The translations under genes and the position numbers were made by a program. Below are positions 37,811-47,099 of a stretch of DNA of 64,000 bases, in pieces. Each line of letters opens with the position of its first letter. Within the stretch, counting starts at the first letter, position 1. Origin of the DNA: Phycisphaerales bacterium UBA1924 (GTDB taxonomy: Bacteria > Planctomycetota > Phycisphaerae > Phycisphaerales > UBA1924); the NCBI GenBank assembly GCA_965283805.1, contig CBDIPV010000001.1, positions 1,510,925 through 1,574,924 on the forward strand, written 5' to 3'. The notes under the pieces were generated by a model. The model ran no database searches. It saw only the letters and a list, made by a program, of their open reading frames with translations, and had not been told where the DNA came from.

Positions 37811-39001
37811 ATGAATAGTTCGATGTGTGGCACAATCATCGCCTCCTTCGGGATCGCAGCGGCAGCCATGGCGAATGTGGCGGATTCAAACGAGGGAGGA
37901 CCGGGTGACAACTGCACAGCGCCAGTGAGATCGGTCGTGCAGATCGACCAGCCCAGAGAGGTCGCGGTGTCAGCTTCAACCGCATTCGTGCTCACAAACT
38001 CTTTCGGGCTCATGAGCTTTGATATCAGCGATATCTCGAACCCGATTCCGCTTGATACGGTAGCGCTGGGTTCATCAACCACTCGTTTGCTAATCGACGG
38101 GGATATCGCCTACTGCCTGTCCGTCAATGCTCGCCTTTACACGGTGGACATCAGCGATCCTCAAAGCATGACCTTGCTCAGCGACTTTGAGGTTCCTATT
38201 ACGGGCCTTTTGCCGCTAACCGACGGCATGGCGGTTCAGGATGACCTTGTCTATGTCACATCAACATTGTTCACGAACGAAATGGTGATCGTTGATGTCA
38301 GCGATCCATCCAATCCTGTTTCGGTAACGGACTTCGTCGCACCAGCAAATGAAGTGAACAGTTGGCAAAACATTCAGGTCCAGGGTTCGTACGCATACAT
38401 CAATGGCGCGTACGACATCGGGAATACGGGTGATTTCACAGGCGGCATCGGTGTCTGGGACATCTCAGACCCTATGGATATCACTCGGGTCGGTTTTGTT
38501 GCCACTACGGTTGAATCGTTTGTACTGCAGGACGACTACCTGTATATCGATTCGCCCGGGCTTGTGATCGCGGACATAAGCGACCCTATCGACCCAGCAA
38601 TCATCTCTGAGGTGAATGGGGCAGGCCCTGATATGGGTGTCTCGGTAGATGGGCAGTTTGCCATGTACGAAGACAAATACTTCAATGTCGCCGATCCCGC
38701 GAATCCCTATCAAATCTATCGTTTCAGCTCCTTATCGAATGTCGTGCAGATGACACTGCTCAGAGGCAATGTAGTGTACGCGATCACAAACGCCGGGCTG
38801 GAAATCGTGAATATCGAAGACTGCGGCATGGTCTGTGCTGCTGATTTGACCGGCGACGATCGCGTGAACTTCTTCGATATCTCACTGTTTCTTCAACTGT
38901 ACACGAACCAAGACCCCGGAGCGGACCTGAATGGTGACAACAGCTACGACTTCAACGATGTAAGCGAGTTCCTGAAACTCTACAGCTTCGGCTGCTCGTA
39001 A
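37811..39001 (+). CDS. secreted LVIVD-repeat protein with C-terminal GC-type dockerin-like module (lower-GC insertion)
   Basis: ATG 37811 follows an AGGAG Shine-Dalgarno. Signal peptide MNSSMCGTIIASFGIAAAAMA. Motifs are LMSFDISDISNPIP, LYTVDISDPQSM, MVIVDVSDPSNPV, GVWDISDPMDI and LVIADISDPIDPA. It ends CAADLTGDDRVNFFDISLFLQLYTNQDPGADLNGDNSYDFNDVSEFLKLYSFGCS-stop. Confidence 0.8.
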   Translation: MNSSMCGTIIASFGIAAAAMANVADSNEGGPGDNCTAPVRSVVQIDQPREVAVSASTAFVLTNSFGLMSFDISDISNPIPLDTVALGSSTTRLLIDGDIAYCLSVNARLYTVDISDPQSMTLLSDFEVPITGLLPLTDGMAVQDDLVYVTSTLFTNEMVIVDVSDPSNPVSVTDFVAPANEVNSWQNIQVQGSYAYINGAYDIGNTGDFTGGIGVWDISDPMDITRVGFVATTVESFVLQDDYLYIDSPGLVIADISDPIDPAIISEVNGAGPDMGVSVDGQFAMYEDKYFNVADPANPYQIYRFSSLSNVVQMTLLRGNVVYAITNAGLEIVNIEDCGMVCAADLTGDDRVNFFDISLFLQLYTNQDPGADLNGDNSYDFNDVSEFLKLYSFGCS

Positions 39002-39028
39002 CCCGCCTCATTCGACAATACATCACAC

Positions 39029-39056
39029 GGCGGGAGCATGCTCCCGCCGTTTTTTA
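39029..39056 (+). terminator. rho-independent terminator
   Basis: ggcgggagc-atg-ctcccgcc followed by gTTTTTTATT. Confidence 0.8.
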
Positions 39057-39069
39057 TTGTCGCAAATGA

Positions 39070-39711
39070 TCAAGATGCCGCATCCGCCGCCCGCACCGCC
39101 GCGCAGAACCGTGCAATCTTCTCCGCGCTCTTTACACCCGGCGCATCCTCCACGCCCGACGAAACATCCACCGCGTACGGACGCAGCGTGCGGATCAGCT
39201 CCGCCACATTCGACTCATCGACCCCGCCCGCGATGATCACCGGCTTCTCGAAGCCCTCAAGATACCCCTTGAGCTTTGACCAATCGAACGCCATGCCCTC
39301 GCCGCCGTCGGAACCATCGATCAGGATCGCGTCGATCTCCTCGACCTTGCCCCATCGCTTGATCTGCGACTCGATCGTCGCGTCCTCATACTTAAACGCC
39401 TTGATCACCCCCGGGCCGCACTGCTGCACAACATCCACCGGCTCTTTGCCATGCAGCTGCATGGTGTGCGCCGGGCACTTGTACTCAAGCTCGCAGAACT
39501 GATCAACATCGAGATCACGCACCACCCCCACCGTGCTCACAAACGGCGGCAGATTGAACATAATTCCCGCCGCGGCTTCGGGATCGATGTATCGGGGGGA
39601 GTCCTCGACAAAGATAAACCCGATCGCGTCAGCCCCCGAGTCGATCGCAGCAAGGGCGGCTTGCGGGGTGGTGATGCCGCAGACCTTGATGCGTGTGCGA
39701 TGCGTGTTCAT
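39070..39711 (-). CDS. trpF: phosphoribosylanthranilate isomerase
   Basis: IKVCGITTPQAALAAIDSGADAIGFIF...DAILIDGS...GMAFDW...PVIIAGGV...AVDVSSGVE is the TrpF pattern. The ATG overlaps the rhomboid stop (ATGA). Confidence 0.85.
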   Translation of the reverse strand: MNTHRTRIKVCGITTPQAALAAIDSGADAIGFIFVEDSPRYIDPEAAAGIMFNLPPFVSTVGVVRDLDVDQFCELEYKCPAHTMQLHGKEPVDVVQQCGPGVIKAFKYEDATIESQIKRWGKVEEIDAILIDGSDGGEGMAFDWSKLKGYLEGFEKPVIIAGGVDESNVAELIRTLRPYAVDVSSGVEDAPGVKSAEKIARFCAAVRAADAAS

Positions 39712-40961
39712 GTGGATGGATCCTCTTTGGGTGGGGTGGTTTGGGGCTGAGTGGTTTGGGGTGGGATGATGCCCGGTGTGGTCTTGTTTGCTGGGGTGGT
39801 CATGCTGCGAACCCGCTCGAGTTCGGCCTCCACGATGGCTCTGGTGTCGCTGTCGAGCGACTGCTCATTGATTTCTTCGAGCATCACGATCGCGCCGGGC
39901 ACATCGGCTTGGTCCTCCGCCCGTGTGCGTGCGATCAGCACATGAATAATGTGCCGCTCGGGGTCCGCCGGATAGCTGCTGAGCAGGCGGGTGAACGCGT
40001 CTGCCGCGTGCTCACGATCACCTCGCTGGTACAGTGCATTGGCGACCTGATACTGCGCATCACGATGCAGGGTCAGCGGCGCTGTTGAATCGTGGCCGAA
40101 CTCGTCAATCAGGCGCAGATACGCGTCCGCGGCCTCGTCGGCTTTGCCCTCGCTGAGCAGCGCCCCGATCTCAGATCGGGCGGTCGCGATGTGCTGCACC
40201 TTCGGATCAGGCGCGGACTTGCGGCTATCACGCATCACCCGGCCCATGCTCTGCTCATGGATACGGCTTGCGCTGGAGAACGCCTTGCGTCGCTGACGGT
40301 GCTTGAGAATCGAGAACAGGTCGTAGGGCTCACGCCGGAGGATGCCCGTACCCAACAGCACGAATCCTGTCAAGATGCCGAAGCCATAGCCCCCCAGATG
40401 CGCAATATTCGCGATCCCGTTGGCAGGCGTGATCACATGCGCGAACAGATCAAGCACCACGAACAGCCCGATCAGCCACCACGACGGGATCATGAATATC
40501 CCGATGAAGATGAACAACACAAAGCATTTGATCCGCGTGCGCGGGAAGAGCACCAGGAACGCCCCCGAGACCGCCGCCACGGCACCCGATGCCCCGATCG
40601 CCGGAGCCGCTTCGAGCGCGATGTGTGCCAGCCCGGAACCCGCACCCCCCGCCAAGTAGAACAGCGCGAACCCGATCCGCCCGAAACGGTCCTCAACCGG
40701 CGGGCCGAAGACCAGCAGGAAGATCATGTTCCCAAAGATGTGCATGAACCCGGCGTGCAAAAAGGCGGATGTGACCAGCTGGTGCACATGAAAATCGAGC
40801 TTCCAGACCGCCCCCCACTGTCCCAGCTTCTCGGCAAAGTCTGGATTGGCGTTATGCAGAACGGCCATCAGAACAAATACACCCAGATTGAGGGCAATGA
40901 TGCCGTGCGTAACGACCGGTTTGCGTTCATTGGGGCGATCTGTGCCCAGTGGGATCAACAC
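39708..40961 (-). CDS. rhomboid family intramembrane serine protease with C-terminal TPR-like domain
   Basis: HAGFMHIFGNMIFLLVFG, GASGAVAAVSGAF (catalytic Ser) and HLGGYGFG (catalytic His). The C-terminal half is helical-repeat-like. GTG start at 40961. Confidence 0.8.
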   Translation of the reverse strand: MLIPLGTDRPNERKPVVTHGIIALNLGVFVLMAVLHNANPDFAEKLGQWGAVWKLDFHVHQLVTSAFLHAGFMHIFGNMIFLLVFGPPVEDRFGRIGFALFYLAGGAGSGLAHIALEAAPAIGASGAVAAVSGAFLVLFPRTRIKCFVLFIFIGIFMIPSWWLIGLFVVLDLFAHVITPANGIANIAHLGGYGFGILTGFVLLGTGILRREPYDLFSILKHRQRRKAFSSASRIHEQSMGRVMRDSRKSAPDPKVQHIATARSEIGALLSEGKADEAADAYLRLIDEFGHDSTAPLTLHRDAQYQVANALYQRGDREHAADAFTRLLSSYPADPERHIIHVLIARTRAEDQADVPGAIVMLEEINEQSLDSDTRAIVEAELERVRSMTTPANKTTPGIIPPQTTQPQTTPPKEDPST

Positions 40962-41123
40962 AGAGCGATGGTACGCCGATCAATAGATCTGTGCCTATCA
41001 TCGTGTCCCGGTCATTTCTGCCCATTGCAGGGCGATCTGACGGTTCGCAAGAGCAGGGAACGAATCCACTCACCGCCCTCCCCGAGACGGGCTCGGGCGA
41101 TCATTTCCGAAAAGGGACGCACC

Positions 41124-42266
41124 ATGAGCACTGCTGAAAAGACCTTCTCCAAGGGACTTGAGGGCGTGATCGCCGCTCAGACCGAGATGTCGTTCATCAA
41201 CGGCACCGAGGGTATTCTTGAGTATGTCGGGATCGCCATCGGCGACCTCGCCAAGCACAGCACCTTCGAGGAGACCGTTTTCCTGCTCTGGAACAAGCGT
41301 CTGCCCACAAAGAGCGAGCTCGAAGCGTTCAATAAGGACCTTCGCAGCAACTACAGCGTCTGTGATGCCATGAAACAGCGCATCACCGGGTGCCCGACCA
41401 GTGCCGAGCCCATGCATGTGCTCCGCACCCTGGTCAGCTCCATGGCCATGGACGATGCCAACCCCAACGAGAACAGCGTCGAGGCCGCCCGCAGCAAAGC
41501 GATGCGGATCATGGCCAAGACCCCCGCGGTCGTCGCCGCATATGACCGCCATCGCCGAGGCCTGGACATAGTCGAGCCCGACCCATCCCTGAGCTTCTCG
41601 GCCAACTTCCTCTACATGCTCAACGCCGAGAAGCCCACCGAAGCCATGACCCGCGCCTTCGACATCTGCATGATCACCCATGCCGACCACGGGCTCAACA
41701 ACTCGACCTTCACCGCCCGTGTCATCATCTCGACCCTGAGCGACATGTACTCGGCCATCACCGGCGCGATCGGCTCGCTGCGTGGCCCGCTGCACGGCGG
41801 TGCCAACGAGGGCGTCATGAAGATGCTCAACGAGATCCCCAGCGTGGACGATGTTGAGTCCTACATCATGAACAAAATCGCCAACAAAGAACGCATCATG
41901 GGCTTCGGCCACCGCGTCTATAAGGCCAAGGATCCCCGCGCCGCCGAGCTCATGACCCTCGCCAAGCAGCTCGCCGACGACACGGGCAACAGCGATCTCT
42001 ACGAGAAATCGCACAAGATCGAGCAGATCATGGAGCGTGAGTACGCCGCCAAGGGGATCTACCCCAATGTCGACTTCTACTCCGCCACCACCTACCACTG
42101 TATCGGGCTCAAGCTCGACCTCTTCACCCCCATGTTCGCGCTCTCACGCATCGCCGGATGGAGCGGGCATGTGATCGAGCAGCTCGGCGACAACCGCCTC
42201 TTCCGCCCCACAACCGATTATGTCGGCCCCCACAACGCGCCCTACACCCCCATCAACGAGCGCTGA
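41124..42266 (+). CDS. gltA: citrate synthase (small, ~380 aa type)
   Basis: From ATG 41124 the protein reads MSTAEKTFSKGLEGVIAAQTEMSFINGTEGIL. HADHGLNNSTF, GPLHGGANE and GFGHRVYKAKDPRA motifs are present. The upstream 344 codons of the track ORF are antisense to the rhomboid gene. Confidence 0.9.
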   Translation: MSTAEKTFSKGLEGVIAAQTEMSFINGTEGILEYVGIAIGDLAKHSTFEETVFLLWNKRLPTKSELEAFNKDLRSNYSVCDAMKQRITGCPTSAEPMHVLRTLVSSMAMDDANPNENSVEAARSKAMRIMAKTPAVVAAYDRHRRGLDIVEPDPSLSFSANFLYMLNAEKPTEAMTRAFDICMITHADHGLNNSTFTARVIISTLSDMYSAITGAIGSLRGPLHGGANEGVMKMLNEIPSVDDVESYIMNKIANKERIMGFGHRVYKAKDPRAAELMTLAKQLADDTGNSDLYEKSHKIEQIMEREYAAKGIYPNVDFYSATTYHCIGLKLDLFTPMFALSRIAGWSGHVIEQLGDNRLFRPTTDYVGPHNAPYTPINER

Positions 42267-42287
42267 GACAACGAAATCAAGACCCCA

Positions 42288-42313
42288 AACGCCCGCCGAC
42301 GCGGGCGTTTTTC
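42288..42313 (+). terminator. rho-independent terminator of gltA
   Basis: aacgcccgc-cgac-gcgggcgtt followed by TTTT. Confidence 0.8.
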
Positions 42314-42471
42314 AATCCGGCAGCTCATGCACGCATTCTGTTCACCAACAGCGCACAAAGTCGATATGAAGTTCGTACCCTGTGCATGGGCCGCGATGCC
42401 ATGCGCCCAAAACACCATGAATCCGATGAATCCATGAACCGATGCGCCTGATCAGAGCCTACATCCCGAGC

Positions 42472-44928
42472 ATGTTTCACCGGCGTGTGCTCCTGCTGGG
42501 CACGCTGAGCATGATCGCCATGCTGCTGCTCAGTGCCCGTCTGAGCTATATGACCATCGCCCAAGGCGCCGAGGCACGCGCACAGGCCGAGCAGCGTCTG
42601 GTCACCGAGACCTGGCTGCCAACCACCCGGGGCAGCGTCTTTGACCGAAAGAAACGCGTCCTCGCGGGCGATCGCGCCTCGTACGACATCGCGATCGACT
42701 ATCGCATTCTCGACGGGCACTGGGTCTACGAGGACAACAGCGGCCGCCGGCGCTGGACCGACATGCGCACCTACGCGACACGATTGGCCCGCCGGGCCAA
42801 CCCCCAGATCTGGGACACCCTCGACGAGCGCAGACAGACCGAGCTGATCGATCAGTTCGAGACCGCGCTGCGTGCACGGGTGGCCCGCATGGAGCGCGAC
42901 CTGATCAGCATCGCGGGCATCACGCGCGACGAGTTCGACCAGCGCAAGAACGAGATCATCCAGCGCGTCAGCGCCATGAAAGAGCAGATCGCACAGCGCG
43001 CGTATGCACGCGAAGTCGAGAACTTTGAACGAGACGGGCGCGTTCCAACCCCTGATGATCTCAATCGCTTCCGGCGCATCGCCAATCAACCCATCGCCGA
43101 AGAAGAAACGATCCACACCATCATCCCTGATGTGTCCGACGAGCTGGGCTTCGCCGTGCTGCGCCAGGTCGCACGCGCCGAGCCCATCGTCAGCGAGGGC
43201 ATCAGCCCGTCACTGCAGAACGCGTTGCGCGTCCCGGTCTACCCCGGCCTGCGTGTGAGCGACGCCACGGCCCGCATGACCCCCTACGACCAGCTCCCGA
43301 TCAGCATCGACCGAACCAGCTTTCCCCCGCCGCTGCAATCACCAGACCCAACCACCATCACCACCCGAGGCGTTGCTCGGATCCTGCTCGGGCGTGTCGA
43401 TGACGGGCTGTATGCCGAGGATGTCAACCGACGCAGCGAGGCGTTCGCCACTGATCCCGAGCTGCGCGACCGCGCGCAGACCGAGTCGGGACGCGACCGC
43501 GGACGCTACTTCCCGGGCGACCGCGTGGGGCGAACCGGGATTGAGTTTGCCTTCGAACACCAGCTGCGTGGTTTGCGAGGCGTGCGCACCGAGAACCTCC
43601 AGACCGGGGCCGTCGAAGAACTCCCGCCCCAGCCGGGCCAGGATGTGCACCTGAGCATCGACATCATGCTCCAGGCACGGATTCGAGCCCTGCTCGATCC
43701 GGCGGTCGGGCTCACCCGTGTGCAGCCCTGGCACCAGAACGAAGAGCCGCTCTATACCCCCGTCGGGACCGAGCTTGATGCGGGCGTGGTGGTGCTGGAG
43801 GTGGCCACGGGCGAGATCTTGGCACTCGTCTCAACCCCGCTGCCACCGGAAGAAGCAGACTGGGCGGGACTCGGCATCCAGACTGATCTGGACCGACGCC
43901 TCTACAACACAATCCATGCCCCTTGGGTCAACAAGGCCATCGCCAAGCCCTACCCGCCCGGCTCGGTCGCCAAGTCGCTCATCCTGGCCGAAGCCGCCAA
44001 ACGCGGGGCATATGGCTCCGGCGAACGCATCCACGACCGCGGCTATCTGCTCGACAACCAGCCCAACAAGTTCCGCTCCTGGATCTACAAGCAATACGAC
44101 GGGGCCTACGGCGGGCATTCCGACCAGCTCGGGCGAGACCTCGACGGGGTCGATGCGCTGATGGTCTCGAGCAATGTGTTCTTCTTTACGCTCGGCCGAC
44201 GCCTCGGGCCTGAGGGCATCGCCAACGCGTACCGAGATTACCATGTGGGCAAGCCCTACGACCTGGGTGTTGGCACCGAGTGGCCCGGCTCCATCGGCGC
44301 GTTCGACGGCCCAAACGACGGCTCCGACATCAACCTCGACGAAGCGACACTGATGGGCATCGGACAAGGCCCCATCACTTGGACCCCGCTGCATGCCGCC
44401 GATGCCATGGCGACCCTCGCCCGCGCCGGGGTGCAGTTCACGCCACGCATCGTGCGCGACGGGCGCGCCCCGCAGGTGCATGACATCGGGCTCCCCTCGT
44501 GGGCCGTGCGTGATGCACTCGAGGGGTTGCATCAGGTTGTGACCAATGTCCAGTTCGGCACCGGTCGAGCGATCGCCTATGAGAGCATGGGCCCAGAGCG
44601 CGTGCCGATCTTCAACGCACCGGGAATCAAGGTCTGGGGCAAAACCGGAACGGCCACCGCACCCGCTCTTTTGTTCGACCCTGACCAAACCGACGAGACC
44701 AACGGGCCGCAGCAGCCCCAGATCGTGCGCAGGGGCGATCATTCGTGGTTCGTCACCCTCGTCGCACCCGACGGCGAAGCCCCAAAGTACGCCATCGCCG
44801 TCATCGTCGAATACGCCGGTTCGGGCGGAAGGGTCTCTGGCCCCATCAACAACCAGATCATCCACGCCCTCGTCGAAGAGGGCTATCTGCCCGACATGCG
44901 TGCATCCAAGCGAGGCCCTGACGCATGA
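42472..44928 (+). CDS. mrdA: penicillin-binding protein 2 (elongasome D,D-transpeptidase)
   Basis: N-terminal TM (VLLLGTLSMIAMLLLSA). SxxK (GSVAKS), SxN (VSSNVFF) and KTG (GKTGTA) motifs are present. Followed by rodA with an ATGA overlap. 818 aa. Confidence 0.85.
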   Translation: MFHRRVLLLGTLSMIAMLLLSARLSYMTIAQGAEARAQAEQRLVTETWLPTTRGSVFDRKKRVLAGDRASYDIAIDYRILDGHWVYEDNSGRRRWTDMRTYATRLARRANPQIWDTLDERRQTELIDQFETALRARVARMERDLISIAGITRDEFDQRKNEIIQRVSAMKEQIAQRAYAREVENFERDGRVPTPDDLNRFRRIANQPIAEEETIHTIIPDVSDELGFAVLRQVARAEPIVSEGISPSLQNALRVPVYPGLRVSDATARMTPYDQLPISIDRTSFPPPLQSPDPTTITTRGVARILLGRVDDGLYAEDVNRRSEAFATDPELRDRAQTESGRDRGRYFPGDRVGRTGIEFAFEHQLRGLRGVRTENLQTGAVEELPPQPGQDVHLSIDIMLQARIRALLDPAVGLTRVQPWHQNEEPLYTPVGTELDAGVVVLEVATGEILALVSTPLPPEEADWAGLGIQTDLDRRLYNTIHAPWVNKAIAKPYPPGSVAKSLILAEAAKRGAYGSGERIHDRGYLLDNQPNKFRSWIYKQYDGAYGGHSDQLGRDLDGVDALMVSSNVFFFTLGRRLGPEGIANAYRDYHVGKPYDLGVGTEWPGSIGAFDGPNDGSDINLDEATLMGIGQGPITWTPLHAADAMATLARAGVQFTPRIVRDGRAPQVHDIGLPSWAVRDALEGLHQVVTNVQFGTGRAIAYESMGPERVPIFNAPGIKVWGKTGTATAPALLFDPDQTDETNGPQQPQIVRRGDHSWFVTLVAPDGEAPKYAIAVIVEYAGSGGRVSGPINNQIIHALVEEGYLPDMRASKRGPDA

Positions 44929-46241
44929 GCCGAGCCGGCGAGGTCAACCCGATCGTGCGTCTGATCAAGGGCGGCGGGCGCAACCCCGAACCCATCTCAC
45001 GCGTGCTCCGCCCGGTCAACTGGGGCTGGGTGACGGTGATCGCCTCGCTGCTGCTCTCGCTGCTGGGGATCTATGCGATCGACATGGGGCTCAACGAGAA
45101 CCTCGACCCGAGCATCGCTGAGCTTTCGACCACCGCGTCCAAGCAGTTCGTCTTCATGATCATGGGCATTGTCGCATGTCTGGTCATCATGCTCCCGCAT
45201 TACAAGCTGCTGACCGCGTTGTCGTGGCTGTTCTTTGCGATCTGCATCGCGCTGCTGATTTTCCTGCTGATCCCCGGCATCCCTTCGAGCATCGTCACAC
45301 CCCGCAACGGTGCACGATCGTGGATCAACCTGGGCTTCACCGATTTTCAGCCCAGTGAGATCACCAAGATCGCCTTTGTGCTCGGGGTCGCCCACTACCT
45401 GCGATTCCGCACCCAGCACCGCAGGTTCCGCGGGCTCATCGTCCCGGGCATCATCGCCGCTGTGCCTGTCGCACTCATCACCGTCCAGCCCGACCTGGGC
45501 ACGGCATCGCTGTTCGCTCCGGCGCTGTTCGCGATGCTCATCGCCGCCGGTGCCCGCCTGCGCCACCTCACGCTGATCGTGCTCTGTGCCGCCATGAGCG
45601 CCCCGCTCGCCTACCCGTTCATGCGTCCGCACCAGAAGGCCCGCATCGAGGCGATCGTCAAGCAGTTCCAGGGCGATGAATCGACCAACTTTGACATCAA
45701 CTTCCAATCATCGCGCGCCCAGATGCTCATCTCCGCCGGTCAGGTCACCGGCATGCCCGAGCCCACCGCCCGCGCCATGGTCCGCTTCAACGCCCTGCCC
45801 GAGCGCGAGAACGACATGATCTTCGCCGTGGTCGTCGCTCGCTTCGGGCTTCTGGGCGGGGCTGCGATGCTCATGCTTTATGCGCTGTGGGTCATCGGAG
45901 CCCTGATCGTCGCGGCAAGCTGCCGAGAACCGATCGGCCGCCTGATCGCTGTGGGCCTCCCGGCATTTATCGCGACCCAGGTGGTGATCAATGTTGGCAT
46001 GAACATCGGGGTGCTGCCCATCATCGGCATCACGCTCCCCTTCCTCAGCGCCGGCGGTTCATCGCTTATTACCTGCTGGCTCATGACAGGATTCGTCATG
46101 AATGTCGCATTTCATCGCCCAAAGCCCCCCTACCGCAGTTCCTTTGAATACGCTGATGATGATGACCGACCAGACCTCCTCAAACCCAGCAGACCCTACG
46201 GCAAATCCATCGGCTTCAGCGGGCGGGCGTTCACCCGCTGA
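44925..46241 (+). CDS. rodA: rod shape-determining protein RodA (SEDS family)
   Basis: Multi-TM protein. FQPSEITKIAFVL and GITLPFLSAGGSS are SEDS motifs. Confidence 0.85.
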   Translation: MSRAGEVNPIVRLIKGGGRNPEPISRVLRPVNWGWVTVIASLLLSLLGIYAIDMGLNENLDPSIAELSTTASKQFVFMIMGIVACLVIMLPHYKLLTALSWLFFAICIALLIFLLIPGIPSSIVTPRNGARSWINLGFTDFQPSEITKIAFVLGVAHYLRFRTQHRRFRGLIVPGIIAAVPVALITVQPDLGTASLFAPALFAMLIAAGARLRHLTLIVLCAAMSAPLAYPFMRPHQKARIEAIVKQFQGDESTNFDINFQSSRAQMLISAGQVTGMPEPTARAMVRFNALPERENDMIFAVVVARFGLLGGAAMLMLYALWVIGALIVAASCREPIGRLIAVGLPAFIATQVVINVGMNIGVLPIIGITLPFLSAGGSSLITCWLMTGFVMNVAFHRPKPPYRSSFEYADDDDRPDLLKPSRPYGKSIGFSGRAFTR

Positions 46242-47028
46242 GCGAGGGACGCTCGATCTCGGCCTCGACCAGATCGCAGGCCTCACACCCCCCGACGGCT
46301 GGCTCCAGCACTGCGCGGACAACGGGATCGTGTTCGACAACGATGAGCCCACAACCCTCGGGCGATTCATGGCCATGCTCATGCACGCCAACACCCGCAT
46401 GAACCTTACTGCAGTGCGCGACGAGCAGGAAGCTTGGGACCGGCACATCTTTGATTCGCTCACCCTGCTGCCCATGCTCAGTGAGCTTCCGGACAACGCC
46501 AAGATCATCGACATCGGGACCGGAGGCGGCCTGCCCGGCATCCCGCTGGCGATCGTCATGCCCCAGCACCGATTCACGCTCATCGACGCAACCAAAAAGA
46601 AGTGCGACTACCTCGATCAGGCGATCCGTGCGCTCGGGCTGAAGAATGCCCGCGTCATCTGCGCCCGCGCCGAATCGCTCGGCCAAGACCGCGGCGAACG
46701 CATCGCCACCGGACGCGTCGATGCCCACCGCGATCATTACGACATCGCCATGGCCCGGGGCGTCGGCCAGATCCCCATGCTCGCCGAACTCACCGTCCCG
46801 CTGGTCAAAATCGGCGGCCTGGTGCTCATGACCAAGGGCCAACGCGCCGAGGACGAGCTGGCCGAAGCCAAGGCCGCATTGCACCTGCTGCACGCGGCCC
46901 ACGCCGGAACCATCGACACGCCAACGGGCAAGGTTGTGATTCTTGAGAAGCTCCGCAAAACCCCGCGCGACTACCCGAGACGCGACGGCGAGCCCAAGCG
47001 CTCGCCTTTGGGCATACGCAAGGCGTGA
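46156..47028 (+). CDS. rsmG: 16S rRNA (guanine527-N7)-methyltransferase RsmG
   Basis: NLTAVRDEQEAWDRHIFDSL, IIDIGTGGGLPGIPLAI and FTLIDATKKKCDYL. The only in-frame canonical starts upstream of the conserved N-terminus are the ATG triplet at 46156-46164, inside the rodA 3' end. Confidence 0.75.
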   Translation: MMMTDQTSSNPADPTANPSASAGGRSPAERGTLDLGLDQIAGLTPPDGWLQHCADNGIVFDNDEPTTLGRFMAMLMHANTRMNLTAVRDEQEAWDRHIFDSLTLLPMLSELPDNAKIIDIGTGGGLPGIPLAIVMPQHRFTLIDATKKKCDYLDQAIRALGLKNARVICARAESLGQDRGERIATGRVDAHRDHYDIAMARGVGQIPMLAELTVPLVKIGGLVLMTKGQRAEDELAEAKAALHLLHAAHAGTIDTPTGKVVILEKLRKTPRDYPRRDGEPKRSPLGIRKA

Positions 47029-47043
47029 GCAACCAACAAAATC

Positions 47044-47073
47044 AGGTCAGCCCGCACGAAGCGGGCTGACCTG
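47044..47073. terminator. hairpin between convergent genes; U-tract on minus strand
   Basis: caggtcagcccgc-acgaa-gcgggctgacctg, a perfect 13-bp stem. The minus strand continues ATTTTGTTG. Confidence 0.7.
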
Positions 47074-47099
47074 TCGCAACACATGGGACTCGTGTGCTT

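Noticed and set aside
37522-38082. The 186-aa minus-strand ORF as a real gene
   Set aside because: Only its last ~50 codons resemble anything (the trpF C-terminus). The remainder overlaps the start of the well-supported plus-strand gene 37811-39001 and its upstream region. It is interpreted as a read-through of the trpF 3' remnant.
40092-41123. First 344 codons of the 724-aa plus-strand ORF fused to citrate synthase
   Set aside because: This part is antisense to the well-supported rhomboid gene and Arg/His/Pro-rich, the typical high-GC shadow-ORF composition. The citrate synthase N-terminus begins at ATG 41124.
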